DNA from: an uncultured Gammaproteobacteria bacterium
Lineage (GTDB): Bacteria; Patescibacteriota; Microgenomatia; Levybacterales; GWA1-39-11
Assembly: GCA_964448725.1 (NCBI GenBank)
Contig: CAYVAJ010000003.1
Span: forward strand, 17,867-81,866
Direction: 5' to 3'
Length of the DNA: 64,000 nt
Shown here in pieces: positions 19,848 to 30,568 of this stretch. The notes under the pieces are model-generated. The model saw only the letters and a program-made list of their open reading frames with translations, was not told the origin of the DNA and made no database searches. Each line of letters starts with the position of its first letter. Position 1 is the first letter of the stretch. The position numbers and the translations under genes were made by a program.

Positions 19848-21617
19848 CTAGTATATCTCAAAATTTGCGAGGAGCTTTTTATTGCCTTCGATTTGATAGT
19901 TGAGCAGATCTGAGTAGATACCCTTCTTTTTAGAGAGCTCTTGTGGACTGCCATAATCAACTACTTTTCCACTATCAATTACTATAACTTTGTCTACATT
20001 TTGGATAGTTGAGAATCTATGCGCGATAATAATTACTAATTTATCTTTCATGAGAGTCTCAAGTGCGTCTTGTACATCTTTCTCGCTCTTTGCATCCAAA
20101 GAGCTAGTTGCTTCATCCATAATCAAGATTGGTGCATTTTTAAGAATTGCACGTGCTATTTGAATACGCTGTTTTTGTCCTCCAGATAATTTGACTCCTC
20201 GTTCGCCAACAAGACTGTTAATTCCTTTTGGAAGTTTTTGCACAAATTCATATGCATTTGCTTTTTTCAATGCATCAATTACTGCATCATCGCTTGCTTG
20301 GTGTGTCCCATACATTACGTTCTCACGGACAGTTGAGGAAAAGAGTTCATTTTCTTGAAAAACGAGAGAAATGTTATTACGTATATAATGATGGTCAAGA
20401 TCAGTATAGTCGACTCCATTAAGAAGAATTTTCCCTTCAGTTGGTGCATAAAACTTTAGAATCATATTGATTATTGTTGATTTTCCAGCACCACTGTGCC
20501 CAACAAGTGCGACTGTTTCATGCGGCTTAATAGTAAATGATACATTGGTAAGTACTCTTTCATTTTTCTCATACGCAAATGACACCTTATCAAATGTGAG
20601 TGTCGGATCTTCTATTCGTTTTGTATCAACTGGCTTTGTGTAGTCCTCTGCAGACTCAAGATTTAAAACTTCAAAATATTCTTTTGATCCACTCTCAGCT
20701 CGTTGTATGTTGGTGAGAATAAATGACATAGCAAAAAGCGGCCGACGAGATTGGGCTACAAGCTGTAATATAAGTACCATTTCACCAATCGTAAGATCTC
20801 CCTGGAATGTGTTGTAGAATACTACAATATTAATAATCAAAAGTACGATGTTGAGAGAGAGTCCACGGTAAAAATCAAATAAATGAAATGTCTGACTTTG
20901 TTTCGCATAAATCTTGTTAATATTTTCATAATTAGTGACAATCTTATTAAATTCATTTCGTTCAGTTATAAAGCTTTTAACCAATCTAATATTTCCGATT
21001 ACCTCCTGAATTCTTCCTCGTGATGCATCTTCAATTTTATTTTTCTTTACTTCTTCCTGACCCCATTTTTTAGTAGAGTAGTATGAAATAGAGATATATA
21101 TAGGAAAGAGAAGAAACGTGACAATTGCAATTGGAATATTATAGTAAGCAAGTACTGCAATGGTGAATATTGCTTGCAGAAGAGACGGCAGTGCAAAATT
21201 AGTCATTGTCTGGATAAAACTTTGAACTGAGAAAATACCACGGCTCAGTTGATTTATCATTTTTCCAGAAATCTCAGAATCAAAATAATTGAGCGGAAGG
21301 CGCAGGACTTTATCATAGTATTTTTCAGTTAAGAACTTTCCGAGCTTAGCTGAAAAATGGTCACCGAGGCGGTTGCTTACCGTCTGTGTAATAAGCGCAA
21401 GTAAGCTCACGACAAAGGCAGCAATAATCAATGTAATAAGAGTATTGATATCTCCTTGTCCATCCTGTACCCGTGCTACGATCTGATCGACAATACTTTT
21501 TGAGATAATTGGAGTGACTAATTCGAGTCCTGCGCCAAGAACAATTAACGCTGCAATGATGCTAATAAGACCGTGCAGAGGTTTTGCTAATTTTATGATA
21601 TTTCCTATATTCTTCAT
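19848..21617 (-). CDS. ABC exporter, fused permease/ATPase (MsbA-like)
   Basis: TM domain, GHSGAGKS, LSGGQKQR, DEATSSLD. Confidence 0.96.
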   Translation of the reverse strand: MKNIGNIIKLAKPLHGLISIIAALIVLGAGLELVTPIISKSIVDQIVARVQDGQGDINTLITLIIAAFVVSLLALITQTVSNRLGDHFSAKLGKFLTEKYYDKVLRLPLNYFDSEISGKMINQLSRGIFSVQSFIQTMTNFALPSLLQAIFTIAVLAYYNIPIAIVTFLLFPIYISISYYSTKKWGQEEVKKNKIEDASRGRIQEVIGNIRLVKSFITERNEFNKIVTNYENINKIYAKQSQTFHLFDFYRGLSLNIVLLIINIVVFYNTFQGDLTIGEMVLILQLVAQSRRPLFAMSFILTNIQRAESGSKEYFEVLNLESAEDYTKPVDTKRIEDPTLTFDKVSFAYEKNERVLTNVSFTIKPHETVALVGHSGAGKSTIINMILKFYAPTEGKILLNGVDYTDLDHHYIRNNISLVFQENELFSSTVRENVMYGTHQASDDAVIDALKKANAYEFVQKLPKGINSLVGERGVKLSGGQKQRIQIARAILKNAPILIMDEATSSLDAKSEKDVQDALETLMKDKLVIIIAHRFSTIQNVDKVIVIDSGKVVDYGSPQELSKKKGIYSDLLNYQIEGNKKLLANFEIY

Positions 21618-21704
21618 TCCTTTCCTATTATATCCCTCTACTACCAGTCTGACCAGTAGAAATCTTACTTGATTTTTATTCAGATGCTTGCTTATTATAA
21701 ATAT

Positions 21705-22463
21705 ATGCAAAATCTTTTAAACAAAAATCTCATTGTTACCTATGCAGCACTCGTTCTTATTACACTTTTGGCGCTGGTTCTCGTGAAAGAGCTGAATATC
21801 TCCTATCCTGTACGGGTCACTACAACTCAAGCATCTGATCTTTCAGTTGTAGGAGAAGGAAAGGTAGAAGTAGTTCCTGACCGTGCGAGTCTTGAAGCAG
21901 GGATTCTCGTTGCCAATGCTGCATCAATTGAGGCTGCACAACAAGAAATTGATGAAAAAAACAATGCAATTGTGAGTGCACTTGGAGAATTAGGTATTCC
22001 AAAGGAAGATATTAAAACATCAAATTATTCAATAAATCCAAATCAGGATTTTAATCCAGGGATAGCAGGAAGAATTACCGGGTATAATGGCAATGTAACG
22101 GTTAGTATTACTGTGCGGCAGATAGATCTTGTCCCACAAGTTACTCAAGCAGTTACTACAGCTGGAGCAAATCAGGTATATAACGTGAGTTATTCAGTTG
22201 AAAACCCTGAGAAATTCCGGGAAGAAGCACGAAATAAAGCAATCGAAAATGCTAAAGAACAAGCACAAAATTTGGCAAATTCTTTAGGTATTAGACTTGG
22301 AAGAGTTGTGAATATAGTTGAGTCTACTCCAGCAAACGGCCCATTACCATTTGAACGAGCTTTGATGAGCAGAGATGCAATGGGTGGTGCAAATGCTCCA
22401 GTACTTGAACCAGGAACACAGGAAATTACCTCAGTAGTAACGCTCTATTTTGAAAAAAAATAA
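21705..22463 (+). CDS. SIMPL (DUF541) domain protein
   Basis: VVGEGKVEVVPD...AIENAKEQA...LG..LG. Confidence 0.92.
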   Translation: MQNLLNKNLIVTYAALVLITLLALVLVKELNISYPVRVTTTQASDLSVVGEGKVEVVPDRASLEAGILVANAASIEAAQQEIDEKNNAIVSALGELGIPKEDIKTSNYSINPNQDFNPGIAGRITGYNGNVTVSITVRQIDLVPQVTQAVTTAGANQVYNVSYSVENPEKFREEARNKAIENAKEQAQNLANSLGIRLGRVVNIVESTPANGPLPFERALMSRDAMGGANAPVLEPGTQEITSVVTLYFEKK

Positions 22464-23030
22464 CTAGATACCGTCTAGATTAAGCTCTTCATTAATAAAT
22501 TTACGAAATACTCCAAATTCACTGTCTTTTGAGGCCATTGGTTCCAAGGGAGCGGAAGATTGTTCACTTTTAATATTTTTAAGTTGTATTCCCATTCCCA
22601 TAAGATGAGCTATTGCATTTTTTTCATACTCAAATTCATAATTTACTTGATCTAGATCTTTGAGAAATCCTAGTTTGGTAATTTTTTTAAAAACATCATC
22701 ATGCACCATACGAGCATCTGCAGTATTTCCGATTTCGTATCCTGACATAATGAGTGTCCCAAATGCCACACTGATATGTGGCAAGGGAGTATCTGGATTT
22801 GTATGATTACTTACTCTCCAAGCAAGTGCGAAATTTTTTACAATATCAATATCCCACCCAGTTCCTTGTTCTTTTTCGATCTCATGGTACATATCAATAA
22901 TCTTGCTGGCTGCATCCGAATCCCAATTATCAATATTAAAATCGAAATTATCGCTGAGAAAATACTTGAGAACAGATGAACGCTGCACTATCTCTTCTTT
23001 TTTGTGATAATCAAAATATTCTTTTGACAT
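22464..23030 (-). CDS. Hypothetical protein
   Basis: 188-aa ORF, no recognised motif. Confidence 0.65.
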   Translation of the reverse strand: MSKEYFDYHKKEEIVQRSSVLKYFLSDNFDFNIDNWDSDAASKIIDMYHEIEKEQGTGWDIDIVKNFALAWRVSNHTNPDTPLPHISVAFGTLIMSGYEIGNTADARMVHDDVFKKITKLGFLKDLDQVNYEFEYEKNAIAHLMGMGIQLKNIKSEQSSAPLEPMASKDSEFGVFRKFINEELNLDGI

Positions 23031-23099
23031 AAATAATATGAAAGTCTACCATATACCATTTTCATAGACAATCGAATAGAGCTGTATTACAATCTATCT

Positions 23100-24845
23100 A
23101 TGAAACAAATACTCCTTGCGCTCATTGTTTTTTTGTTTTTTGTACCGAAATCAGTTCATGCACAAGAAGCATGGGAAATTACAAAATTTACGAGCGATAT
23201 CTTCATTAAAACATCAGGGGAAGTGCAGGTTACAGAGATAATATCTGTTGACTTCCATGATCTTGATAAACATGGGATTTACCGAGATATTCCTGTGATA
23301 TATACCAATGAAGATGGGTCAAAGTTTTATACTGAAATTAATGATATAAAAGTTGCAGGTGATCAGTACAAAGTGAGTAAAGACGGGGATTTTTTACGTA
23401 TTCGTATAGGTGATCCTGATCGCACGATTTCAAGGAAGCATGAGTATCGTATTTCCTATACTGTTGTTGGTGTGCTGCGTGGATTCCAGGACTATGACGA
23501 ATTGTACTGGAATGTTACGGGAAATTATTGGGATGTCCCTATAGAGCAAGTTCTTGCCGGAATTAGACTTGAAGGAGGAGAGATACAAAATACTGTTTGC
23601 TATGTTGGAGAGATAGAATCAATAGATACATGTTTTGCACAAAATTCAGGTGCTACTGCACAGTTTTCTGCAGAGGATTTACATCCAAATGAAGGTATGA
23701 CCATAGCTGTCTCATATCCAAAAGGTATAACAGAACTCCCTGTTGTACAGTCATTTTCAGACAGAGTTTTTTCAATTCCAGCCCTGCTAACTTTTGTGGT
23801 GACACTTGCTTTCGGAATCGGAGGAATTCTTCTGGTTTGGTCACACAAAGGCAGAGATCTATGGATGCGAGGAAAACATCTTTTTGATCATCAGGCAAAA
23901 GAAGAAAGAAGACCTCTCTTTCATAAGGATACAATTGTGGTGGAGTACTTGCCTCCAGAGAATCTTCGACCTGCAGAGATCGGAGTACTCGTAGATGAGC
24001 GGGCAGATACATTGGATGTAACAGGGACTATTATTGATCTTGCTACGCGTGGATATCTGACTATAACTGAGGAAAAGAAAAAATGGGCATTTGGATCAAC
24101 AGACTATACGTTGACACGAAAGAATAAAAGCACGAAAGAGCTGCTCACATATGAGGCAGAACTATTTGAGCGGCTTTTTGATACCGGAGAGAGTGTAAAA
24201 ATGTCAGAGTTAAAGGAAAAATTCTATACTGATCTTAAAAAAGTAAAAAGCCAGTTATATACAGATATGGTTGAGAAAGGATTTTTCCCTTCTAATCCTG
24301 AGCATGTGCGGAATGGGTATTTGGCAACTGCGATAATTGGTATGGTTGTTGCAGGATTTCTAGCCTCTTTTGCGTTTGCACAAGAAAATGAATATATCTT
24401 AGCTATTTCAATTGCAGGTATACTTACTGGATTTAATCTCCTAATTTTTTCTCGATTTATGTCTCGGCGTACTGCAAAAGGATATGAAATGTATCGCAGA
24501 ATTCAAGGATACAGACTCTTTATTGAGAATGTTGAGAAGCATAGACAGAAATTTTTTGAGCAGAAAAATATGTTCAATGTGGTTCTGCCTTATGCCATCG
24601 TATTTGGGTTAACTGGAAAATTTGCCAAAGCAATGCAAAATATGGGGGTCAAACCTGATACAGCTACTGCCGGTTGGTATCATGGTGTACATGCGTTCAA
24701 TATTATGAAATTTGAGAGTAGTGTATCAAATTTTTCCAGATCAATGAGTTCTGCTATGACTTCAACGCCATCAAGCAGCGGAGGATCAGGCGGAGGAGGA
24801 TTTTCAGGAGGTGGATTTGGTGGTGGCGGCGGCGGAAGCTGGTAA
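23100..24845 (+). CDS. DUF2207 family membrane protein
   Basis: HGIYRDIP, ELYWN, LPYAIVFG and Gly-rich GGGGGGSW terminus. Confidence 0.93.
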   Translation: MKQILLALIVFLFFVPKSVHAQEAWEITKFTSDIFIKTSGEVQVTEIISVDFHDLDKHGIYRDIPVIYTNEDGSKFYTEINDIKVAGDQYKVSKDGDFLRIRIGDPDRTISRKHEYRISYTVVGVLRGFQDYDELYWNVTGNYWDVPIEQVLAGIRLEGGEIQNTVCYVGEIESIDTCFAQNSGATAQFSAEDLHPNEGMTIAVSYPKGITELPVVQSFSDRVFSIPALLTFVVTLAFGIGGILLVWSHKGRDLWMRGKHLFDHQAKEERRPLFHKDTIVVEYLPPENLRPAEIGVLVDERADTLDVTGTIIDLATRGYLTITEEKKKWAFGSTDYTLTRKNKSTKELLTYEAELFERLFDTGESVKMSELKEKFYTDLKKVKSQLYTDMVEKGFFPSNPEHVRNGYLATAIIGMVVAGFLASFAFAQENEYILAISIAGILTGFNLLIFSRFMSRRTAKGYEMYRRIQGYRLFIENVEKHRQKFFEQKNMFNVVLPYAIVFGLTGKFAKAMQNMGVKPDTATAGWYHGVHAFNIMKFESSVSNFSRSMSSAMTSTPSSSGGSGGGGFSGGGFGGGGGGSW

Positions 24846-24880
24846 TTGACTTTTAATTACTTCAGATCTAGAATGAGTGT

Positions 24881-25474
24881 GTGAAGAAACAGCTAAAAGG
24901 TATTGTTAATTTCCTCTTTGAAGTAGGTATTCTCTCTAAAACTCCACGCTCAGGATTTCATTTTCTCGGAAGCGGTCAACAATCGGTGTCAGAGCATCTC
25001 AATCGTACAACTTATATCGGATATGTATTATCAACGTTTGAAAAAGATATAGACCAGGCAAAGGTATTAAAAATGTGTTTGTTTCATGATGTTGCTGAAG
25101 CGCGTACGAGTGATTTAAATTATGTCCATCAGCAATATGCACAGGTGAATGAAGATAAAGCGATTAATGATCTGGCGCTTACAGTCCCATTTGGTGATGA
25201 TCTTCAAGAGCTTTTAAAAGAGTATAAAGAGCGAAAAAGCAGAGAATCACTTATAGCAAAAGACGCGGATAATCTTGAATGGATTTTATCACTTAAGGAG
25301 CAAGTAGATATCGGAAATAAGCGTGCTGAAACCTGGCTACCATCAGCTATAAAACGATTAAAAACCCAGCAGGCAAAAAAAATCGCAGCAGAAATAATAC
25401 AAACAAAATCAGATGAGTGGTGGTTCTCAAATAAAGAAGATGATTGGTGGGTTACTCGTAATAAAGAGAAATAG
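24881..25474 (+). CDS. HD-domain hydrolase (YfbR/HDDC2-like)
   Basis: PRSGF, SVSEH, FHDVAEARTSD, DAD. Confidence 0.9.
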   Translation: MKKQLKGIVNFLFEVGILSKTPRSGFHFLGSGQQSVSEHLNRTTYIGYVLSTFEKDIDQAKVLKMCLFHDVAEARTSDLNYVHQQYAQVNEDKAINDLALTVPFGDDLQELLKEYKERKSRESLIAKDADNLEWILSLKEQVDIGNKRAETWLPSAIKRLKTQQAKKIAAEIIQTKSDEWWFSNKEDDWWVTRNKEK

Positions 25475-25900
25475 CTATTCTCCTTTCAATAATTTCAATC
25501 CTGTGTCCTGATCGTATTCTCGTTCAAAATATCCGGAAAGTTGTGTAATCATTACTTCTCCTGTTCCTGAAATTTGCATGCTGTGTACATGTCCCCCGAT
25601 GGTCGTGTAGTCTTTACGACTGAGAGTTGCGTGTGCATGCATCATACGTTTTCCATCTGCAAACGCAATATTTCCGGTTAGATTAAGAAGCTCACATTCT
25701 TCATTCACTATTTTCTTAACATACTCACGCGTATCAAAATCATAGTAGCTCAGTTCTGCTTTATCACAAGCACCAAGTCCTGAGATCCAAGCTGCATCAA
25801 TATTTTTTGCATCACAGAATTCAAGAACTTTTTCAACGAGTTCTTCTCCTCGGAGGATCCTCAGAACATAACGGTTATCTTTGTCGTAAATTACTTTCAT
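25475..25900 (-). CDS. PPC/DUF296 domain protein
   Basis: GLGA, LTGNI, HAH, GGH. Confidence 0.92.
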   Translation of the reverse strand: MKVIYDKDNRYVLRILRGEELVEKVLEFCDAKNIDAAWISGLGACDKAELSYYDFDTREYVKKIVNEECELLNLTGNIAFADGKRMMHAHATLSRKDYTTIGGHVHSMQISGTGEVMITQLSGYFEREYDQDTGLKLLKGE

Positions 25901-25960
25901 ACTATTCGTAAAAAGCTATTAGTATACTTCATACATAATACTAAATACATGATACTAATT

Positions 25961-26584
25961 TCACCCCAAATGAGCATGATCATTCCAGGTGATTAATTTC
26001 CATTCTCCATCCTGATTTTTTTCACAAAGCGTGATACCTGTGTTACTGAGGTCAAGCACAGCCTTTAATCTACTAAATTCATCAAATGAAAGTCCTCTTC
26101 CGAATATAATAAGAGAAATTATCATGCAAAGTATTTTACCGTGAGTGACAGCAAGTATGTTTTCTTCAGTTAGTAAATTGACATAATCTAAAAATTTTGC
26201 TGCACGGTGTTTTGCATCATGAAAGTTTTCTTCATCAGAAAAGTGCCAGTCAGTTAGTTTTACATTATTTCTTAGTATTTCTTTTACTTGAATTGCATCA
26301 GGATCATCAAAATGTTTTCCTTCAATAGCAGAGGGATTTTTAATTTCACGAAGTAATGGAGTAAAAACAGTTTTTTTCTGAACAGCTCTTCCGATTTCCT
26401 CAGCAGTTTGTTGTGCTCGTAGATAATCACTTGCAATAATTAACTCAATTTTTATATCACGAAATCTATTAGCTACAAATTTCGCTTGTTGGAATCCTTT
26501 TGCAGAGAGTTCAGTATCTGCCCTCTGATGTATATTTAGTGCATTATATTTACTTTCTCCGTGTCTGACAAAATAGAGCTTCAT
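25961..26584 (-). CDS. Histidine phosphatase family protein
   Basis: RHGES, RAQQTA, VTHG, WNDHAHL. Confidence 0.93.
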   Translation of the reverse strand: MKLYFVRHGESKYNALNIHQRADTELSAKGFQQAKFVANRFRDIKIELIIASDYLRAQQTAEEIGRAVQKKTVFTPLLREIKNPSAIEGKHFDDPDAIQVKEILRNNVKLTDWHFSDEENFHDAKHRAAKFLDYVNLLTEENILAVTHGKILCMIISLIIFGRGLSFDEFSRLKAVLDLSNTGITLCEKNQDGEWKLITWNDHAHLG

Positions 26585-26652
26585 TTGATTCGTATTATAT
26601 CAGGATATATGTCAACCGTGAAATTTGTGTAATCATAGTATAATAGACATCT

Positions 26653-27726
26653 ATGAAAAAGTTTTTTGTACTATTACTCATGCTTGGTGGAGGAGTATTC
26701 TTTTTTTTGAGCAGAAATGAGACTCAAAATCCCCAGGTACTTTCAGACCGGGATAATCAAAAAATTTCACAGGACATAACACCAAAAAGTGTAGAGGCAC
26801 AAGAATCAGTTTTTATTCCCTATTGGACCTTACAATCACAAAAACCACTTTCTCACTACTCTGAGGCATATTATTTTGGTGTAGCTGCAGACAAAAATGG
26901 AATTGATACCGATGAGATTGGGTATGAACGTATACAGACATTTCTTGATAAAACAAGTGAAATCGATAAACAGATGTTAGTAATTCGTATGGTAGATAAA
27001 GAGGTAAATAGTGAGGTTCTAAAAGATAGAGATGCGCAGTTGCGTATTGCACAAGAGTCAGTACAGGTAGCTACAGAGTATGGATTTGATGGAATCGTAC
27101 TTGATTTTGAAATATCAAGTATTTCATTTGATGCAGTAACAAATCGGGTTAGTACGTTTTATACTACTTTTGCAAAACAGGTGAGAACAACTGATCTTGC
27201 ATTTTACACTACCTTATATGGTGATACCTATTATAGAGTCCGTGCGTATGACATCAAAAAAATTGGTGAACTGTCAGATAAAGTGCTTATTATGTCATAT
27301 GACTTTCATAAATCACGGGGAAATCCTGGACCTAATTTTCCATTGAATGGAAGGGAAAAGTATGGATATGACTTTAGGCAAATGATTACTGACTTTACCA
27401 CTGATGTGGACCCAGAGAAAATTGAGATAATATTTGGAATGTTTGGATATGATTGGGAAGTGGATGATGAAGGAGAATCAACAGGTTTTGGTGAGGCGCT
27501 TACTGCCCAAGAGGTAATGAATGGTTATGTTGATGACTGTAAGCATAGAGAATGTTCTTGGGAGCGTGATAGTACTGCACAAGAAATACAAATTCAGTAT
27601 ACAGACATAGATAACAATAAACATATTATATGGTTTGAGGATGCAGAATCAGTCAAGCGAAAAAAAGAGTACATACAGAATAAAGGAATTTCAAAAATTT
27701 CTTATTGGACATATTCATATTATTAA
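26653..27726 (+). CDS. Glycoside hydrolase family 18 protein
   Basis: FDGIVLDFE, MSYDFH, FGYDW; N-terminal anchor. Confidence 0.9.
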   Translation: MKKFFVLLLMLGGGVFFFLSRNETQNPQVLSDRDNQKISQDITPKSVEAQESVFIPYWTLQSQKPLSHYSEAYYFGVAADKNGIDTDEIGYERIQTFLDKTSEIDKQMLVIRMVDKEVNSEVLKDRDAQLRIAQESVQVATEYGFDGIVLDFEISSISFDAVTNRVSTFYTTFAKQVRTTDLAFYTTLYGDTYYRVRAYDIKKIGELSDKVLIMSYDFHKSRGNPGPNFPLNGREKYGYDFRQMITDFTTDVDPEKIEIIFGMFGYDWEVDDEGESTGFGEALTAQEVMNGYVDDCKHRECSWERDSTAQEIQIQYTDIDNNKHIIWFEDAESVKRKKEYIQNKGISKISYWTYSYY

Positions 27727-27850
27727 CTACTAACGAATAGCCAATATCCAACAATCAATAACCAATTCCTGCTTTCCGTATTCTTACAGACTCTTAACCC
27801 CTGTCTTATTGGTACTCACTATAGTAGTACTATAACGATAAATTCTTAGC

Positions 27851-28477
27851 ATGGTCATGAAAAGCAGGGCAGGGACCATTTTCAGAAGGCAAGATGGTGT
27901 CTCTCAGGAATCGGGAGACACCATTTTTATTGATGAAAAAAAACACAAGAAACATACAAAAAGAGTTAAGGCTGATAGCGTACAAAATGCAGATGCAGGA
28001 GAATCAGAAAAGAATAATCCATCAATAGCGGAAAAAAAGGCTGCAGATCCATCTCGCACGTTAGAGGGTATTGCTGTAAACAGTGCGAGAACAATTTTTC
28101 GAATTAAGACTATATTCCCATTTGTGCTATTTACTGATGAGGTTATTACCGATGAAGAAAAAGTAACAGTAATTATAGGTAATTTTTTCCGGAGTGGCTA
28201 TCTGAGAAGCGTTATGATTCAAGATATATCTAATGTGAGTGTAGAAACGAGTGTTTTTTTTGCAAAATTGACATTGATTGACCGTAATTTTGTGCAAGAC
28301 AGAATAACAGTGTCTTATCTTAACAAAGAGGAGGCACTCAAGATGCGCAGAATAATTATGGGGCTTATTATTGCACATGAAAATAAAGTAGATTTAGCTG
28401 ATTATACTATGCAGCAGGTACGAGAATACACAGAAGAAATTGGTCGCGCGCGTGAAATGGAAGATATAGCAGTTTAA
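27851..28477 (+). CDS. Conserved hypothetical protein (PH-like C-terminal domain possible)
   Basis: 208-aa ORF; FPFVLFTD...FF motif. Confidence 0.7.
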   Translation: MVMKSRAGTIFRRQDGVSQESGDTIFIDEKKHKKHTKRVKADSVQNADAGESEKNNPSIAEKKAADPSRTLEGIAVNSARTIFRIKTIFPFVLFTDEVITDEEKVTVIIGNFFRSGYLRSVMIQDISNVSVETSVFFAKLTLIDRNFVQDRITVSYLNKEEALKMRRIIMGLIIAHENKVDLADYTMQQVREYTEEIGRAREMEDIAV

Positions 28478-28818
28478 GGGGTTTTGATAAGAGCGTTCAT
28501 AAAAGATGAGATGACGGATACAATCAAACTAAATCCGAATGCCCACCAGAAGTTTGCAATATGAAAGCCTGGTACGATAACACTAACAAGCATTATGAGT
28601 AATGCATTGAGTACGAACATAAAAAGACCGAGTGTGACAATAGTAATCGGAAGGGTGAGAATTGTAATAACAGGTTTTATAAACATGTTAATGACTCCTA
28701 ACACGATGGCAATAACAAGTGCTGTCCAAAATCCGTCGACCTGTACACCCCCTGATAATATGTACGAGGCAACCAAAATAGCAACTGTTGAAACAAGTAA
28801 TTGTATAAGGAGAGCCAT
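28474..28818 (-). CDS. YvlD-like 4-TM membrane protein (phage holin family 4)
   Basis: IKPVITILTLPITIVTLGLF; start at MALLIQ, since the longer ORF overlaps tuf. Confidence 0.9.
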   Translation of the reverse strand: MALLIQLLVSTVAILVASYILSGGVQVDGFWTALVIAIVLGVINMFIKPVITILTLPITIVTLGLFMFVLNALLIMLVSVIVPGFHIANFWWAFGFSLIVSVISSFMNALIKTP

Positions 28819-28909
28819 ATATTTATAGTAGTTATCTCTAAAATCATTGTCAAATGAGAAAAATTCTAGCCTTAATTGTAAGAAATTGCATGTAAATCTT
28901 GAATGCCTC

Positions 28910-28938
28910 TTGACGGATTTTAAAATATGCTGTATATT
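28910..28938 (+). promoter_or_regulatory. tuf promoter
   Basis: TTGACG-17 bp-TATATT. Confidence 0.7.
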
Positions 28939-28984
28939 ATCAACACACCTAATAAAAAAGGTGTTTTTATTTGGGGAAATAAAT

Positions 28985-30169
28985 ATGGCTGACACAAAAT
29001 TTGAACGAACAAAACCACACGTTAATATTGGTACCATTGGTCACGTTGATCATGGTAAAACCACATTAACCGCTGCTATTACAACCGTCTTGTCAAAGAA
29101 AGGTCTTGCAAAAGCACGATCATATGCTGAAATTGACGGTGCTCCTGAAGAAAGAGCTCGCGGTGTTACGATTAACATCTCACATCAAGAATACGAAACA
29201 GAAAATCGACATTATGCGCACATTGACGCTCCAGGTCACGCGGATTATATCAAAAACATGATTACAGGTGCAGCTCAAATGGACGGTGCAATTCTCGTTG
29301 TATCTGCTGCTGACGGACCAATGCCTCAGACTCGAGAACACATTCTTTTGGCAAATCAGGTTGGTGTACCTAAGATCGTTGTTTTCTTGAATAAAGTTGA
29401 CATGGTACAAGATCCAGAACTTCTTGATCTTGTTGAAATGGAAGTTCGAGAACTTCTCTCAAAATATGAGTATGACGGTGATAATGCTCCAATCGTCCGA
29501 GGTTCAGCATTGAAAGCTGTTGAAGGTGAAGCTGAGTACGAAGAAAAAATCATGGAACTCATGAAAGCAGTTGATGATTACATCCCAACTCCTGAGCGAC
29601 CAGTAGATCAACCATTCCTTATGCCAGTTGAGGACGTGTTCTCAATCAAAGGTCGAGGAACAGTTGTAACCGGAAGAATTGAGCGCGGTGTGGTTAAAGT
29701 AAATGAAACTGTAGATATTGTTGGTATTAAAGATAATCAGAACACAGTTGTTACAGGTGTAGAGATGTTCCGAAAGCTTCTTGATGAAGGTCAGGCTGGA
29801 GACAACGTTGGACTTCTTCTTCGAGGAATTGAAAAAGAGCAAGTTGAGCGTGGACAAGTTCTTGCAAAGCCAGGATCTATCACTCCTCACACAGAATTTG
29901 AAGCAGAAGTATATATTTTGACTAAAGAAGAGGGTGGACGACACACTCCATTCTTCTCAGGATACCGACCACAGTTCTATATCAGAACAACTGACGTAAC
30001 TGGTGAGATCAAACTCCAAGAAGGTGTAGAGATGGTTATGCCTGGAGATAACGCTAAAATGAATGTTAAACTGATCGTTCCAGTCGCTATGGAAGACGGA
30101 ATGCGATTTGCTATCCGAGAGGGTGGACGAACAGTAGGTGCAGGTGTAGTTACTAAGATAACTAAATAA
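28985..30169 (+). CDS. tuf: Elongation factor Tu
   Basis: [21 protein letters not shown]; 394 aa from MADTKF. Confidence 0.99.
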   Translation: MADTKFERTKPHVNIGTIGHVDHGKTTLTAAITTVLSKKGLAKARSYAEIDGAPEERARGVTINISHQEYETENRHYAHIDAPGHADYIKNMITGAAQMDGAILVVSAADGPMPQTREHILLANQVGVPKIVVFLNKVDMVQDPELLDLVEMEVRELLSKYEYDGDNAPIVRGSALKAVEGEAEYEEKIMELMKAVDDYIPTPERPVDQPFLMPVEDVFSIKGRGTVVTGRIERGVVKVNETVDIVGIKDNQNTVVTGVEMFRKLLDEGQAGDNVGLLLRGIEKEQVERGQVLAKPGSITPHTEFEAEVYILTKEEGGRHTPFFSGYRPQFYIRTTDVTGEIKLQEGVEMVMPGDNAKMNVKLIVPVAMEDGMRFAIREGGRTVGAGVVTKITK

Positions 30170-30238
30170 CGTAAGTTAAATAAATCCCGCCCAAATACAC
30201 TTGTTGCACATTTAAATCGCTTAAGAAGGAAACAACCT

Positions 30239-30547
30239 ATGGCTAAAGGTAGAATTAGAGTAAAACTCAAGAGTTATGATTCTCGAATCATTGACTCAAC
30301 GTGCCAGCAAATTCTGGACACTGCTATTAGAACCGGTGCAAAAGTCATCGGTCCTATTCCTTTGCCTACTAAGCGATCACTCACAGTAGTTAACAAATCT
30401 CCATTTATTGACAAAGACGCACGCGAACACTTTGAACTTAAAACTCACAAAAGACTTATCGATATCATGTCTCCGACTGATAAAACAATTGAATCTCTTA
30501 TCCACCTCGATCTCCCTGCAGGTGTAGATGTAGAGATTAAGATGTAA
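30239..30547 (+). CDS. rpsJ: 30S ribosomal protein S10
   Basis: GPIPLPT, HKRLIDI. Confidence 0.99.
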   Translation: MAKGRIRVKLKSYDSRIIDSTCQQILDTAIRTGAKVIGPIPLPTKRSLTVVNKSPFIDKDAREHFELKTHKRLIDIMSPTDKTIESLIHLDLPAGVDVEIKM

Positions 30548-30568
30548 ACTCCCTCTTTTACTCCTAAT

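Noticed and set aside
19751-19960. 69-aa ORF with YYLLLII repeats
   Set aside because: Translation of the heptamer array, overlapping the ABC transporter end.
28474-28818. Prophage suggested by a phage holin family protein
   Set aside because: YvlD-like proteins are common chromosomal membrane proteins; no integrase, capsid or lysin genes nearby.
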